A DNA stretch of 64,000 bases, taken from NCBI GenBank assembly GCA_041640595.1, contig JBEPZY010000008.1:66566-130565 (forward strand), read 5' to 3'. A program made the position numbers and the translations under genes. The notes beneath the pieces were generated by a model that saw only the letters and a list, made by a program, of their open reading frames with translations, ran no database searches and had not been told where the DNA came from. The DNA is from Gemmatales bacterium (lineage in GTDB: Bacteria; Planctomycetota; Planctomycetia; Gemmatales; HRBIN36). Shown one piece after another: positions 20,007 through 30,112 of the stretch. Numbering within the stretch: the first letter of the stretch is position 1; every line of letters starts with the position of its first letter.

Positions 20007-20786
20007 ATGCAAGCAAAAGCGAATGGCGAAACCGTGCTGGATGTCCATGACGTTACCGTGGCATACGATCGCCAGCCGGTGCTCTGGGATGTGGACTGGA
20101 CTTTACGGGAACCGGCACTGGTAGCGATTGTCGGGCCGAACGGGGCTGGCAAGAGCACCTTGCTCAAGGCCATCCTCGGACTGGTGCCGCTACTGAGCGG
20201 CGAGGTGCGGCTGTTCGGCCAACCTGTGTCCCGGGTGCGACCCCGTGTCGCTTACGTTCCGCAACGTGAAAGCCTGGATTGGGACTACCCGGCTACTGTG
20301 TTCGACGTCGTGTTGATGGGAACATACGGGCGGCTCGGCTGGTTTCGCCGACCTGGTAAAGCTGAGCGCGACCTGGCGCGGCGCTGTCTGGAACAACTTG
20401 GGCTGAGTGGCCTGGAAAATCGCCAGATCGGAGAACTTTCCGGCGGACAGCAACAACGCTTGTTCCTGGCTCGGGCACTGGCTCAGCAAGCGGAGATCTA
20501 CCTGATGGACGAACCGCTGGCCGGCGTGGATGCGGCGACGGAGCGGGTCTTCTGGACGTTGCTGCAGGAACTTCGCCAGCAGAACCGCACCGTTATTGTC
20601 GTCCATCATGACCTGCGCAGCGTTCCCGAACGTTTCGAGCAGGTGGTGCTCCTGAACACGCGAATCATTGCCAGTGGCCCGACGCAGGAAGTCTTTACGC
20701 CCGAAAACCTGCAACGTACTTATGGCGGTCGGCTGATGATTCTGGAGGAAGCCGGCCAACTTCTGCCCAGGACACGCCGACCATGA
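20007..20786 (+). CDS. metal ABC transporter ATP-binding protein
   Basis: Walker [13 protein letters not shown], signature [15 protein letters not shown], Walker B IYLMDEP. Start trimmed to [10 protein letters not shown]. Confidence 0.93.
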   Translation: MQAKANGETVLDVHDVTVAYDRQPVLWDVDWTLREPALVAIVGPNGAGKSTLLKAILGLVPLLSGEVRLFGQPVSRVRPRVAYVPQRESLDWDYPATVFDVVLMGTYGRLGWFRRPGKAERDLARRCLEQLGLSGLENRQIGELSGGQQQRLFLARALAQQAEIYLMDEPLAGVDAATERVFWTLLQELRQQNRTVIVVHHDLRSVPERFEQVVLLNTRIIASGPTQEVFTPENLQRTYGGRLMILEEAGQLLPRTRRP

Positions 20787-21616
20787 GCCACACCCTGCTG
20801 GTCATTTTGGGAACTGCTCTGCTGGGTCTGGCTGCCGGCATTGTTGGTGTTCTGGCCATGCTTCGCCGACAGGCTTTGCTTGGCGACGTGCTTGCCCATG
20901 CCACATTGCCCGGACTGGCCCTGGCTTTTCTGGTAGTTGCGAGCAAGCAAATCGAGGCTCTGCTGCTGGGTGCTATCGTGTCCTGTGTAGCTGCCGCGCT
21001 GACCGTCTGGATACTCGACCGCTGGACGCGACTTAAAGCCGATGCCCGGCTCGGACTCGTACTGGGGGTATTTTTCGGAACGGGCATGGCTGTTTTGGGA
21101 AGTGTGCAGGACGTACCGGGTGGCGGGCAGGCTGGCCTGGAGGCCTACCTTTTCGGCAAACCTGCCGGAATGCTCCAGCGCGATCTCGTTTGGCTGAGCG
21201 TGCTGGCCAGCGTTTGTCTGATGCTTGTCGTTCTGTGTTACAAGGAGTTCCAGCTACTGACTTTCGACGCCGCTTTTGCCCGTGCCCAGGGCTGGCCAGT
21301 GCAATTCCTGGATGTGTTGCTGCTGGGCTTAGTCGTGCTCGTCGTCGTCATCGGACTGCCCGTAGTCGGAGTGGTCATGGTCTCGGCCATGCTGATCCTG
21401 CCGGCAGCCACGGCGCGATTCTGGACGAATCGTTTGCATGTGCTCTTACTGCTGGCGGGAACGCTGGGTGCCAGCATGGGTGTTGTCGGCACGCTGATTA
21501 GCACCCACATTCCGGAATTACCGGCCGGCCCGACCATCATTCTGAGCGGCACGGTCTTTTTTGCACTATCGCTGCTGTTTGGAGCCAAACGTGGTCTTTT
21601 GATTCGCCGACGGTGA
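20783..21616 (+). CDS. metal ABC transporter permease (ZnuB/TroC-like)
   Basis: 277 aa and polytopic. ATGA overlap with the upstream ATPase gene. Confidence 0.92.
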   Translation: MSHTLLVILGTALLGLAAGIVGVLAMLRRQALLGDVLAHATLPGLALAFLVVASKQIEALLLGAIVSCVAAALTVWILDRWTRLKADARLGLVLGVFFGTGMAVLGSVQDVPGGGQAGLEAYLFGKPAGMLQRDLVWLSVLASVCLMLVVLCYKEFQLLTFDAAFARAQGWPVQFLDVLLLGLVVLVVVIGLPVVGVVMVSAMLILPAATARFWTNRLHVLLLLAGTLGASMGVVGTLISTHIPELPAGPTIILSGTVFFALSLLFGAKRGLLIRRR

Positions 21617-21732
21617 ACGCTCCATCACTGCCGGCTTCCGTTGACAAACGGCCCAATCTGGCAAGACATGGAACGGATAACAGGAAACTTTTTTGGGATG
21701 AGCTGGCACTCGTAGGTCGCCCAATCCGTGCC

Positions 21733-21828
21733 GGGTTACCGAATCTATGGCCGCTGAACCATCTGGTAATGCCGCGTTTACTAAAAGATGCCCAGCGCGG
21801 CGGGTTACCGATGCGTAGCGGCTGGACG
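21733..21828. repeat. intergenic direct-repeat pair, 69-bp period
   Basis: GGGTTACCGAatctatgGCCGCTGAAC at 21733 and GGGTTACCGAtgcgtagcGGCTGGAC at 21802. Confidence 0.6.
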
Positions 21829-21933
21829 CTGGCTGTGTTCCGTTTGCCCCAGGCCATTCGTCAGCGGGTCAACGGTATTTTCCGCAACCCCAACATGCCC
21901 CGTAGGACCGTCGTGATCTGCCACCTTCATCCG

Positions 21934-22464
21934 TCAACGGGGCAAAGGCACCTCCCGCAACTCCATTGGGCCGCCGCAACATTCGCATACGCCTTTTTCG
22001 GGATAGTCCCGGCGAATGGCACAGGTTTCGCACCAGTAGTACACTTCGTGAGGTACGCCGTTTTTCAGAGTGTAAAAGCGGTCAATCACCAGGACACTGC
22101 CTCCGCCCGTCAGTCGTCCCCGTACCTGCAACGGTCGGTTGAGTAAGCGTCCATCCTGAAACAACGCACGACTCCCCAGCGTCTTGACGATCGGTAGCAG
22201 CTTGCCGTCCTGAGTGCGTAACGCCAGAACGAAAGGCACCGCATCGGCGTCCACCTGCACATCGTCGGCTTTCAAAAGCTCGGCCAGCTTCACGACCTGA
22301 CCTTCCAGAGTCAATGTCGCAGTGCTCGGTTTCGCATCTGACCAAACCGCAACTTCCAGGCCCAATATCGCCGCCAACAGCAAAGGCAGCACGAACCACG
22401 GGGCGCGGCTGGAGGTGCTGGCAGGCTGGTTCCGACTATTTGCATGGCTGAGCGCGAACCCCAT
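21934..22464 (-). CDS. hypothetical exported protein with C-terminal Cys-rich (zinc-ribbon-like) motif
   Basis: Signal/anchor PWFVLPLLLAAILGLEVAVW. C-terminus YYWCETCAIRRDYPEKGVCECCGGPMEL. Start trimmed to MGFALSH so it no longer overlaps der. Confidence 0.6.
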   Translation of the reverse strand: MGFALSHANSRNQPASTSSRAPWFVLPLLLAAILGLEVAVWSDAKPSTATLTLEGQVVKLAELLKADDVQVDADAVPFVLALRTQDGKLLPIVKTLGSRALFQDGRLLNRPLQVRGRLTGGGSVLVIDRFYTLKNGVPHEVYYWCETCAIRRDYPEKGVCECCGGPMELREVPLPR

Positions 22465-22516
22465 GCTATCCCCCTTTCGATGTCGCTTGCTGCTGGCGCA
22501 AGAGCGTAGCTTTCGC

Positions 22517-23941
22517 TTACACATCTCGCCAGATGTCGGCCGAGCTTTCTTCTTCGTCGGCGTGTTTACGCTGGTCCGCCTGGACTGCGACGGAAGTTTC
22601 GGCTGGCGGTTCGCTGGCTTTGCGCTTGCGCTGATCCTCCTTATCGCGGAGAATCAGGCGGATCGGCACTTCTTTATACGGCAATTGCTCACGGAACACT
22701 TTGAGTAAGTAGCGCAGGTAGGGCGGATCGAATAGCTCCACGCCGTTGGTCATGAGCACAATGGTGGGAGGGTGAACGGCTACCTGGGTGCCGTAATAAA
22801 TGCGCGGTGTGCGATTCTGGCGAACAGGTGGCGATTGTCTATGGACAGCCCATTGCAGGACCCGATTGAGTTCGCTGGTGGGCACACGCTGACCCGCCTG
22901 CTGGTGCAGCAGTTCGGCAAGTTCCAGGAGCCCTGCCACATTTTTGCCGGTCCTGGCGCTGATGAAGGCAATGGGCACATAATCGAGGGCGGGAAAAGTG
23001 GCCTGCAGATATTCCGCCCACCGATCGGTCGGGATGCGCTGCTGAGCCAGGTCCCACTTGTTGACGACGAAGATGGTCGGCTTTTCATGCTCGACGATCA
23101 GGTGAGCCAGCTGCTTGTCCACGCGACTCACCGTCTGGGTGGCGTCGAACAGGTGCAAAACCACATCGGCACGCTTGATAGCACGTTCGGCACGCTTCAG
23201 GCTGTAAAACTCGATACTGTTCTGAATGCTGCGGCGCTTTCGCAAGCCGGCTGTGTCAATGGCCAGGAAGACTTTTCCATCGAGCTCGAAACGCACATCC
23301 ACACTGTCGCGGGTGGTACCGGCGAGTTCACTGACGATGACCCGCTCCTGCTGGGCCAGCCGATTGATGAGGGTGCTTTTGCCCACATTGCGGCGACCGA
23401 CAATGGCCAGTTTGAGTCCTACCTCCGGCGGTGCTTCTGCGCTGGCTGGTAAGTGGGCCAGCAGGGATTGCAACAATTTCTCGCCGCCACGCTTCTGGTG
23501 GGCACTGACGCACAACGGTTCGCCAAAACCTAACCGGCAAAATTCGCCCGCCTGGTATTCGAGAGCCCTGGTATCGCACTTGTTGGCCACCAGCACGACA
23601 GGTTTGCCAAGTTGCCGCAACCGTTCGGCGACGTGCTGATCCAGCGGTACCAGGCCATCACGCACGTCCACGACAAATAGAATCAGGTCGGCTTCCCGCA
23701 GGGCATATTCGATCTGCCGCTCAATGTGCTCGCGAAGCTGCTCCCGTTCGTCCAGGCCCAATCCTGCGGTGTCGCAAATCTCGAAATGCCGACCATCCAC
23801 TTCTACGGTGGCGGTGAGCCGATCGCGCGTAGTTCCCGCGGTGGGGTCCACGATGGCAATTTGCCGACCCGCCAGCCAGTTGAATAACGAAGATTTGCCG
23901 ACGTTTGGTCGGCCGACGATGGCTACTTTTGGTAACGGCAT
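22517..23941 (-). CDS. der: ribosome-associated GTPase Der/EngA
   Basis: Two tandem GTPase domains (GRPNVGKSSLFN...DTAG and GRRNVGKSTLIN...DTAG) and a KH-like C-terminus, plus a charged C-terminal tail. Confidence 0.96.
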   Translation of the reverse strand: MPLPKVAIVGRPNVGKSSLFNWLAGRQIAIVDPTAGTTRDRLTATVEVDGRHFEICDTAGLGLDEREQLREHIERQIEYALREADLILFVVDVRDGLVPLDQHVAERLRQLGKPVVLVANKCDTRALEYQAGEFCRLGFGEPLCVSAHQKRGGEKLLQSLLAHLPASAEAPPEVGLKLAIVGRRNVGKSTLINRLAQQERVIVSELAGTTRDSVDVRFELDGKVFLAIDTAGLRKRRSIQNSIEFYSLKRAERAIKRADVVLHLFDATQTVSRVDKQLAHLIVEHEKPTIFVVNKWDLAQQRIPTDRWAEYLQATFPALDYVPIAFISARTGKNVAGLLELAELLHQQAGQRVPTSELNRVLQWAVHRQSPPVRQNRTPRIYYGTQVAVHPPTIVLMTNGVELFDPPYLRYLLKVFREQLPYKEVPIRLILRDKEDQRKRKASEPPAETSVAVQADQRKHADEEESSADIWRDV

Positions 23942-24153
23942 GGATGGTTCTCGCTTGATGGTTTCGGAAGGTTTGGTCGCAAGCCCGGCATCGTGCGGGC
24001 CTGGATATTTTGTTTAGCCAGGCTCAGGGCTGTCGGTTCTTTTTATGCACAGCTTACCGCTCACCGGTTGCCAACGCCGGGAAAAGCTGTCATCTGGCCT
24101 GGCAGCGTGACCGGCCGTGATCGCTGAAAAACACCGAGGCCCGACCATGCCGG

Positions 24154-24684
24154 CTAAATCAGGTCAAGCCGGCGCTTGTTACTGCGGGAACGCACACAAT
24201 CTGCACACAGGCCACGCACGACCAGATTGTGCCGGCTGGGCTGAAACCCGTGTTGTCGGCAGACCGACTCATAGACCGATTCCAGCTGGGGCGCTTCGAA
24301 TTCTATCACCTTGCCGCAGTCGTCGCAAACCAGGTGCTCATGCTGCGGATATCCGTAGTCATGCTCATAAGCCACGCGATTGCCCAGCTGCACGCGCCGC
24401 AACAAGCCCGCGTTGACCAGCTTATTGAGCGTGCGATAAACAGTGGCCCGGCTAATATCGAGGTTAGCCCGATCCAGTTCCGAGCAAAGCTGCTCGGCGT
24501 CAAAGTGATTGTGCCGCGAAAAAATAAAGAGGATCATCTGTCGCTGCGCTTCGGTGAAACGAAGCGGTTTCGGTCGGCTCGCCAGATATTCCCGGAACCG
24601 AGCCACCGCGCTTTCCGGTGTTTGTAAAGGACGTTGCAACAGAGCTTCGGTCATGGTTTCACCCGCGCCAGGTGTAGCAGCCAA
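24154..24684 (-). CDS. Fur-family metalloregulator
   Basis: Winged-helix ISRATVYRTLNKLVNAGLL, HEHLVCDDCGKVIEF and a C-terminal CADC (two CxxC pairs). Subtype (Fur, Zur or PerR) not resolved. Confidence 0.88.
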   Translation of the reverse strand: MAATPGAGETMTEALLQRPLQTPESAVARFREYLASRPKPLRFTEAQRQMILFIFSRHNHFDAEQLCSELDRANLDISRATVYRTLNKLVNAGLLRRVQLGNRVAYEHDYGYPQHEHLVCDDCGKVIEFEAPQLESVYESVCRQHGFQPSRHNLVVRGLCADCVRSRSNKRRLDLI

Positions 24685-24731
24685 TCGGCCAGCGTAAGTG
24701 CGTTCGAACCATTATACGGTGCGCCCGCGGT

Positions 24732-25415
24732 TCAGAGAGACAGGGAACCGCCCACGGGCAATACCGTAGCTTCCACACCGGTTTCTTTGCGGACTCGCTC
24801 AGCCCAGGCGTGGGCGTCCTGGCGAATGATGTCCCAGGTGTTGTAGTGAATGGGCACTACCCGCCGCGGACGTAACAATTTCACCGCTCGAATCGCATCT
24901 TCCGGGCCCATAGTGAAATTGTCGCCGATGGGCAAAAGCGCCAGGTCAATTCCCTCCTCGCCGATCAGAGCCAGGTCGCCAAACAATCCGGTATCTCCCG
25001 CATGATAGACCTTGCCCGCTTCCAGATAAAGCAGAAGCCCGGCTGGATTGCCCCCATAGCTGCCGTCCGGAAGACCCGAACCGTGAAAAGCTGGTGTCAG
25101 CTTCAGTCGGCCGAAGGGGAACGCACGACTTCCGCCGATGTGCATCGGGTGAACCTGGTTCCATCCCTGGTTTTGCAGCCAGGTGATAATTTCGTAATTG
25201 CTGATGACGGTAGCACCGGTCCGTCGGGCAATGCTCAGCGTATCGCCAACATGGTCGGCGTGCCCGTGGGTCAGGAGGATAAAATCGGCAGCCACTGCGT
25301 CAGGGGATACCGGCGGATGTGGTTGTCCCGACAGGAACGGGTCAATGAGAATGCTGTGCCGATCTGTGCGAATTTGTACGCAGGCATGTCCCAGCCAGGT
25401 GACCTGTGTGGCCAT
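24732..25415 (-). CDS. metal-dependent hydrolase, UPF0173/beta-lactamase fold
   Basis: WLGHACVQI..., LLTHGHADHVGD, YHAGDTG. Confidence 0.9.
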   Translation of the reverse strand: MATQVTWLGHACVQIRTDRHSILIDPFLSGQPHPPVSPDAVAADFILLTHGHADHVGDTLSIARRTGATVISNYEIITWLQNQGWNQVHPMHIGGSRAFPFGRLKLTPAFHGSGLPDGSYGGNPAGLLLYLEAGKVYHAGDTGLFGDLALIGEEGIDLALLPIGDNFTMGPEDAIRAVKLLRPRRVVPIHYNTWDIIRQDAHAWAERVRKETGVEATVLPVGGSLSL

Positions 25416-25871
25416 GGTTTTCCTCCCGTTGTTGGCTCAGTGGTAAAAGAGCAGCGTGGTCAGCTTTCACGATCGCGGTCGGTTCGGGACCAGGGTTCCG
25501 CGTTCCCAGATAGTTTAGCGATTGCGTCCAGGCAAACCGGCTATGTCTCCGTGTTCGGATGGCGGCAGTGCTCCGGGGAGGGAAAAATTTGCCCTGACTT
25601 GGCCCGGAAAAACTCGCCGCGAGCTTTGCAGGTGCGGAATGCGGCAGGAATCCGTAAAAAGGTCAAAGGTCTCGTAAACACCCTCGCTGCCGGTCCGGGC
25701 AATGGAAAAATCAAGGGCCGCGGGGAACGTGAAATCCACTTGGCGCGGAAGCGTTAGCCGTTTATGCGGGCGGTCGGGCCAGGAATGGACCTGGCGGGCA
25801 GGCGAGTAGGTCTCCGCAAGCATGGCGGCGTATCTGGCAAGCGACAACCGGAACAATGCAAAGGGAACACT

Positions 25872-26582
25872 ATGGTCGAATGGCTGAACGAATTTTTGCG
25901 GCTGTTCACTGACCTGGAAGGGACCCTCCGGGAGTGGATTGCCGCCTACGGAGTGTGGATTTACGCGATTGTGTTCGCCATAGTTTTTGTGGAAACCGGA
26001 CTGGTTGTCATGCCGTTTTTGCCTGGGGACAGCCTGCTGTTTCTGTGCGGGGTGCTGGCATCGCTGGGGGAGATGAACATTGTGGCGGTAATAGCGGTGC
26101 TGATCGCAGCCGCGGTGCTGGGAGACGCCACCAATTACGCGATTGGTTACCGCCTCGGTCCGAAAGTGTTTTGCAGCGATACTTCCTGGCTGTTTCACAA
26201 AAAGCACCTGCTGCTGACGCAACGCTTTTACGAACGGCACGGGGGCAAAACTATCTTTCTAGCGCGGTTTATTCCCATCGTGCGAACGTTTGCTCCGTTT
26301 GTCGCCGGGATCGGCCGGATGTCGTATCCGCGTTTTGCCCTCTACAATGTCCTTGGTGCCATCGCCTGGGTGATAACTTTTGTGTTGCCCGGCTACTGGT
26401 TAGCAGAGCAGCCGTTCGTGCGTGAAAATCTTTACCTGGTGCTGGCGGTGATCGTGGTGCTCTCCGTGATGCCGCTTTTGATCGAAGGCTGGCAAGCGCG
26501 TCGTGGCAACGCTCAGGTGAAACACGAAACTCCGAAATGGTGCAACTCGGACAATTCCGCATCGCCAGCAGGCACAAACTGA
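25872..26582 (+). CDS. DedA family membrane protein
   Basis: VETGLVVMPFLPGDSLLF and GGKTIFLARFIPIVRTFAPFVAG. Start trimmed to MVEWLNEF. Confidence 0.9.
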   Translation: MVEWLNEFLRLFTDLEGTLREWIAAYGVWIYAIVFAIVFVETGLVVMPFLPGDSLLFLCGVLASLGEMNIVAVIAVLIAAAVLGDATNYAIGYRLGPKVFCSDTSWLFHKKHLLLTQRFYERHGGKTIFLARFIPIVRTFAPFVAGIGRMSYPRFALYNVLGAIAWVITFVLPGYWLAEQPFVRENLYLVLAVIVVLSVMPLLIEGWQARRGNAQVKHETPKWCNSDNSASPAGTN

Positions 26583-26828
26583 TCTTTTCACGCTGAAGGA
26601 AGTCGCGTATTATCAGCGGCGGTGGAACGGAGACCGGAACCTTCGCTCCACCAGGCCACGGAGGGCCGGGCAGAGAAGAGGCACACCTCTCGAGCCGACT
26701 CACCCCCTTTGATTCCCATCCGCACCACGGCTTTGTTGACCGCCTGTGCCTGGCTCGCCGAATCCTGAGAACCAGCGCTGGATGCTTGGGCAAGCCCAGC
26801 GCCTTGTCAACGGAACGGCAGGAGAGGC

Positions 26829-27899
26829 ATGAGCCGAGAAGCTGTCGTGTTGCGCGTGGATGCTGGCTATAGCTTTGGCTGGGATGCCTGGAATCGCTGT
26901 CAGGTTCTGGCCTACGGCTTGCAGAGGCGTCGCAGGCCCTGCTATTTCCTGTCGCATCTCGAACCGAATGGATTGGCTCTGAGCTTGAAGCGCAGCGGCC
27001 ATGATTGGCTTGCTGCCGAACATCCGGCCGGTTCGCCCGGCGATCTCGAGCAATTGCTGCGCGAGCTGCGACGGCTGCAAGCGGTAGCGGTGATCGTGGA
27101 TGCAGCGGCCATCGGGCCCGATTATCTTGCAGAATTGGCTGCGGCAGGGATTCTGGTGGTCAGTGTAGATACCCGCGCGGGTTTTCGTTCTCCCGCCCAT
27201 CTGGTGCTCAACCCGACGCTCAATCGTTCCGGTCAGGAGTATGAAGTGTGTGGCGACGGACAGGTGCTATGCGGACCGCGGTATGTTTTAGTCCGGCCGG
27301 AAATCAAACGAGTGCGACCCCAGCGCTCTCTCGAACCCCCAGAACCCACGCGAGTGGTCGTGGCCCTGGGCGATGACCAGGCGAAACTGAGCCAGGCTGT
27401 GGTCAAAACCCTGCTGGGCATGAAAACCATCGCTCGCATCGAAGTGCTCACCTGGGCCCACCACCCATGCGTAACTGCTTTGCAAAGCTGCCTCGAAAAG
27501 GAGCCAGAGCGAATCACCCTGGCCACGGAACCGTCGAGCTGGGGGCTGGCCATGATGCGCAGCCATCTCGCCATTGCTGCCAGCGGGCCATGGGCTTTGG
27601 AACTCGCCTACGTCGGTGTACCGACCATCCTCATCAGCGATCATCCCGAGCAGGAACGCACAGCGGAAACCTTGCAGGAAGAGGGAATCGCCCGCTATCT
27701 CGGACACGCCGAAGATTTCTCCCCAAGCGCCCTGCGTGCTGCCATAGAGGACCTTTTGAGCGATGCCCAGGAGCGGCACACGATGTCGCGGCTTGGTCGT
27801 GCCTACCTGGACGGTCGTGGGATTGACCGTTTCGTTCAGGCCATCGAAATTCTCCTGCACGCTCCGGCTCGGCGTCAGAGTATCAGTCAGGCGGCGTAA
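26829..27899 (+). CDS. PseG-like / glycosyltransferase-28 C-terminal domain family protein (divergent)
   Basis: N-terminal LRVDAGYSFGWDAWNRCQVLAYGL resembles the PseG 'RxDasxxiGxGHvmRclxLA' pattern but lacks the GH. A second Rossmann-like half follows (VVVALGDDQ...). Assignment is tentative. Confidence 0.5.
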   Translation: MSREAVVLRVDAGYSFGWDAWNRCQVLAYGLQRRRRPCYFLSHLEPNGLALSLKRSGHDWLAAEHPAGSPGDLEQLLRELRRLQAVAVIVDAAAIGPDYLAELAAAGILVVSVDTRAGFRSPAHLVLNPTLNRSGQEYEVCGDGQVLCGPRYVLVRPEIKRVRPQRSLEPPEPTRVVVALGDDQAKLSQAVVKTLLGMKTIARIEVLTWAHHPCVTALQSCLEKEPERITLATEPSSWGLAMMRSHLAIAASGPWALELAYVGVPTILISDHPEQERTAETLQEEGIARYLGHAEDFSPSALRAAIEDLLSDAQERHTMSRLGRAYLDGRGIDRFVQAIEILLHAPARRQSISQAA

Positions 27900-27956
27900 A
27901 ACAGGACTCGGAGCTTTTGCGGTTAGCAAAAACGTGCCCGCTTCGGAGGGCCCACA

Positions 27957-29168
27957 ATGAGCACAGAAAGCCAGGAAAAATCGGCCTGCTGGCGGCTCCT
28001 CGGTGAACGCACTCGCCGACAACTGGAAGAACTCGATGCCTTGCTGGAACGGATGCTGGCCTTGCCACCCTTCGACCTGCCAGAAGAACAATCTTCAGAC
28101 CCACCCTCGTCCAGCATTCCAGGTTCGTCGCAGAAATTGACCGCAACAGGAACGCCAGGCAACTCGGGGAGCTCGACGAGCAACTCAGGTTCGGCGCAAA
28201 ACCATCCGCAGACCCCAACATCTACCGTCTCACCAGAAAAACCATCTGCGGCATCCGTCTCAGCAGCCCCGCACGCAGGCTCTGCCAACAACACAAAAAT
28301 TGCCGCTGCCGAACCAGCGGAAACCAGCAGCATCGCCCGAAGCAAGCCACCTGCGGAGGCGTTAGCACAAAGCGTCGCCATTTCCGCTGCCGCATCGGCA
28401 GGGGGAACCACTCCTGCTTCAGAACCGCCAGCGGTTTCAGAATCGGCATTGGCGGAGGCAAAGCCTGCTCCGTCCGCAGATGCCGGGATGAAGCCTAGGA
28501 ACGAAACGACCAATTCGGCTGAGCAGGCCCCTGCTGTTACAATCAGTGCATCCGCAAAACGGATCGCCAGCCGACCTGTTTCGGACGGGGAATCGGTCGA
28601 GCGCGTTGCCGAACCGGAGTCGGTCGTTTCCAGAACCGCCACGCCGCGTGAAACCAGAACAGCATCGGCAACGCATTCCTCCGCCAGTGGCACTCGTCCT
28701 GTCAACAATCCAACCCTGGCAGGCCCAAAGCTCCCGGAGTCTTCGACTATTACGCCCGTCGAAAGACACGATTCAGCTGCCCCAGCGATTCGTTCTGCCG
28801 CGGATGATTCCGAATCCAAGGCCAGTGCATCCGTTCACACCGAACCGCCTTTGCAGGCTTCCAGCGAACCCCCGAAAGGTCCCGCCTGGTTACTGCGAGA
28901 GGACACAGGTCCGGGCGATGCCGATGCTGACCGGTCGGTCGCTGACACCAGCAAAGACGCTTCCGGAAGCAACAACGGAGCAAACTCGCTTGACCAGTCA
29001 CAGTCAGGCTTTCGCTGGATCAGGCCGATTGCTGAAAATCTCGCTCAGCCTTTACGCTGGTTGTTCCTGACACCTACCGGCTCGAACGTGCTCGGTTGGA
29101 TTGGCATTCTGCTATTGCTCGGTTCGGCGGCATTCTGGCTCGGAGCCTGGCTGGGCTGGCACTGGTGA
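27957..29168 (+). CDS. tail-anchored Ser/Pro/Ala-rich (predicted disordered) protein
   Basis: SD GGAGGG lies 8 nt upstream of the ATG. Helical N-terminus (RRQLEELDALLERMLALPPF), about 300 aa of low-complexity S/P/A/T, then one C-terminal TM LGWIGILLLLGSAAFWLGAWLGW. Confidence 0.65.
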   Translation: MSTESQEKSACWRLLGERTRRQLEELDALLERMLALPPFDLPEEQSSDPPSSSIPGSSQKLTATGTPGNSGSSTSNSGSAQNHPQTPTSTVSPEKPSAASVSAAPHAGSANNTKIAAAEPAETSSIARSKPPAEALAQSVAISAAASAGGTTPASEPPAVSESALAEAKPAPSADAGMKPRNETTNSAEQAPAVTISASAKRIASRPVSDGESVERVAEPESVVSRTATPRETRTASATHSSASGTRPVNNPTLAGPKLPESSTITPVERHDSAAPAIRSAADDSESKASASVHTEPPLQASSEPPKGPAWLLREDTGPGDADADRSVADTSKDASGSNNGANSLDQSQSGFRWIRPIAENLAQPLRWLFLTPTGSNVLGWIGILLLLGSAAFWLGAWLGWHW

Positions 29169-29223
29169 TACCCTGACGCTTGCCAGTCAGGCATAGGCAT
29201 TTGTGAACCGCCAGTTGCTACCG

Positions 29224-29470
29224 GTGCACTACCGTTTCGCTAACGGTAATGCAGCATGGTGCGAGACCTGCAAGTCGAGCTGGGGCGAAAGTCAGCGTGT
29301 ATTACCGTTTTGCTAACAGGCAAGCCGCATAACGTCGTGGTAACGGATTACGACACGTTGTACCCTCAATTTGCACTACCGTTTTGCTAACAGTATGAAG
29401 CCAGTATCAAGGCCAGAGGCACAGTCTAACCTCAATGTGCACTACCGTTTTGCCAACAGGCAAGCCGCAT
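29224..29470. repeat. four phased copies (73/74/66 bp) of GTGCACTACCGTTTTGCTAACAGG-type motif
   Basis: Cores start at 29227, 29300, 29374 and 29440. Copies 2 and 4 share the extension AACAGGCAAGCCGCAT. Copies 3 and 4 share the upstream CCTCAAT, giving a dimeric higher-order unit of about 140-147 bp. Lies 640-890 bp upstream of the giant vWA gene. Confidence 0.9.
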
Positions 29471-30112
29471 GGGCTATCCGGTGCCATTTTTCAGGGTTTT
29501 CCCGTACTACGGTGCAGTGCGGCTCCGCAAACCGGCAGGGAATATAGTTTCCGCTTCCGGGCTTAGGGTACGTTACCGCAAGCCAGCCAAACCAGCAGAC
29601 GGCACGGCTGTGTTATGCTGTCCAGTGAACGATGCTGGCAGCGCAAGTTGGCCAAGCCGGGTCGTTTACTGGGTAACGCTTGGTGCTCGGATGCAAAACC
29701 ATACTGGCCAGGCGGGCCGGAATACTCCCTGGGAAGCGTCGGACGGGATGTGCTTCTCTCAGGGATGGCCCTGCACGGGCCCGCAGGAGTAGCAGCCCTG
29801 GTCGGAATGGTGGTGAAGCGGGCCATCATTAACGCATTATCCCGACTGGACTAACGGCATTTTGCGGACTATAACGATTGCAATGGATGTGGGGAGATTG
29901 TGTGTCGGGTTGAGGATGGAAGGGACAGCGGGGGATAAGAATTTTCCCCCTCACACCGCTGGTTGTAACTTAGACTACAAAAGCGGGAATAACACCTGCC
30001 GGAACCGCTGGCCAGAAAAGCGACACTAATTTAAGGCAGCCATTCCCGCAAATAGACGGGCGGAGCATATCTGGCCAAACAACCTCCGAAGTTGCTGGAA
30101 AAGGAGAGGAGC

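Noticed and set aside
29224-29470. Possible CRISPR array (about 24-nt repeats at 66-74 bp period). The same thought applied to the 36-nt repeat / 37-nt spacer pair at 10580-10689
   Set aside because: There are only 2-4 copies and the repeats are degenerate. At 29224-29470 the 'spacers' share sequence between alternate copies, which indicates a higher-order tandem repeat. No cas genes or leader are present in the window.
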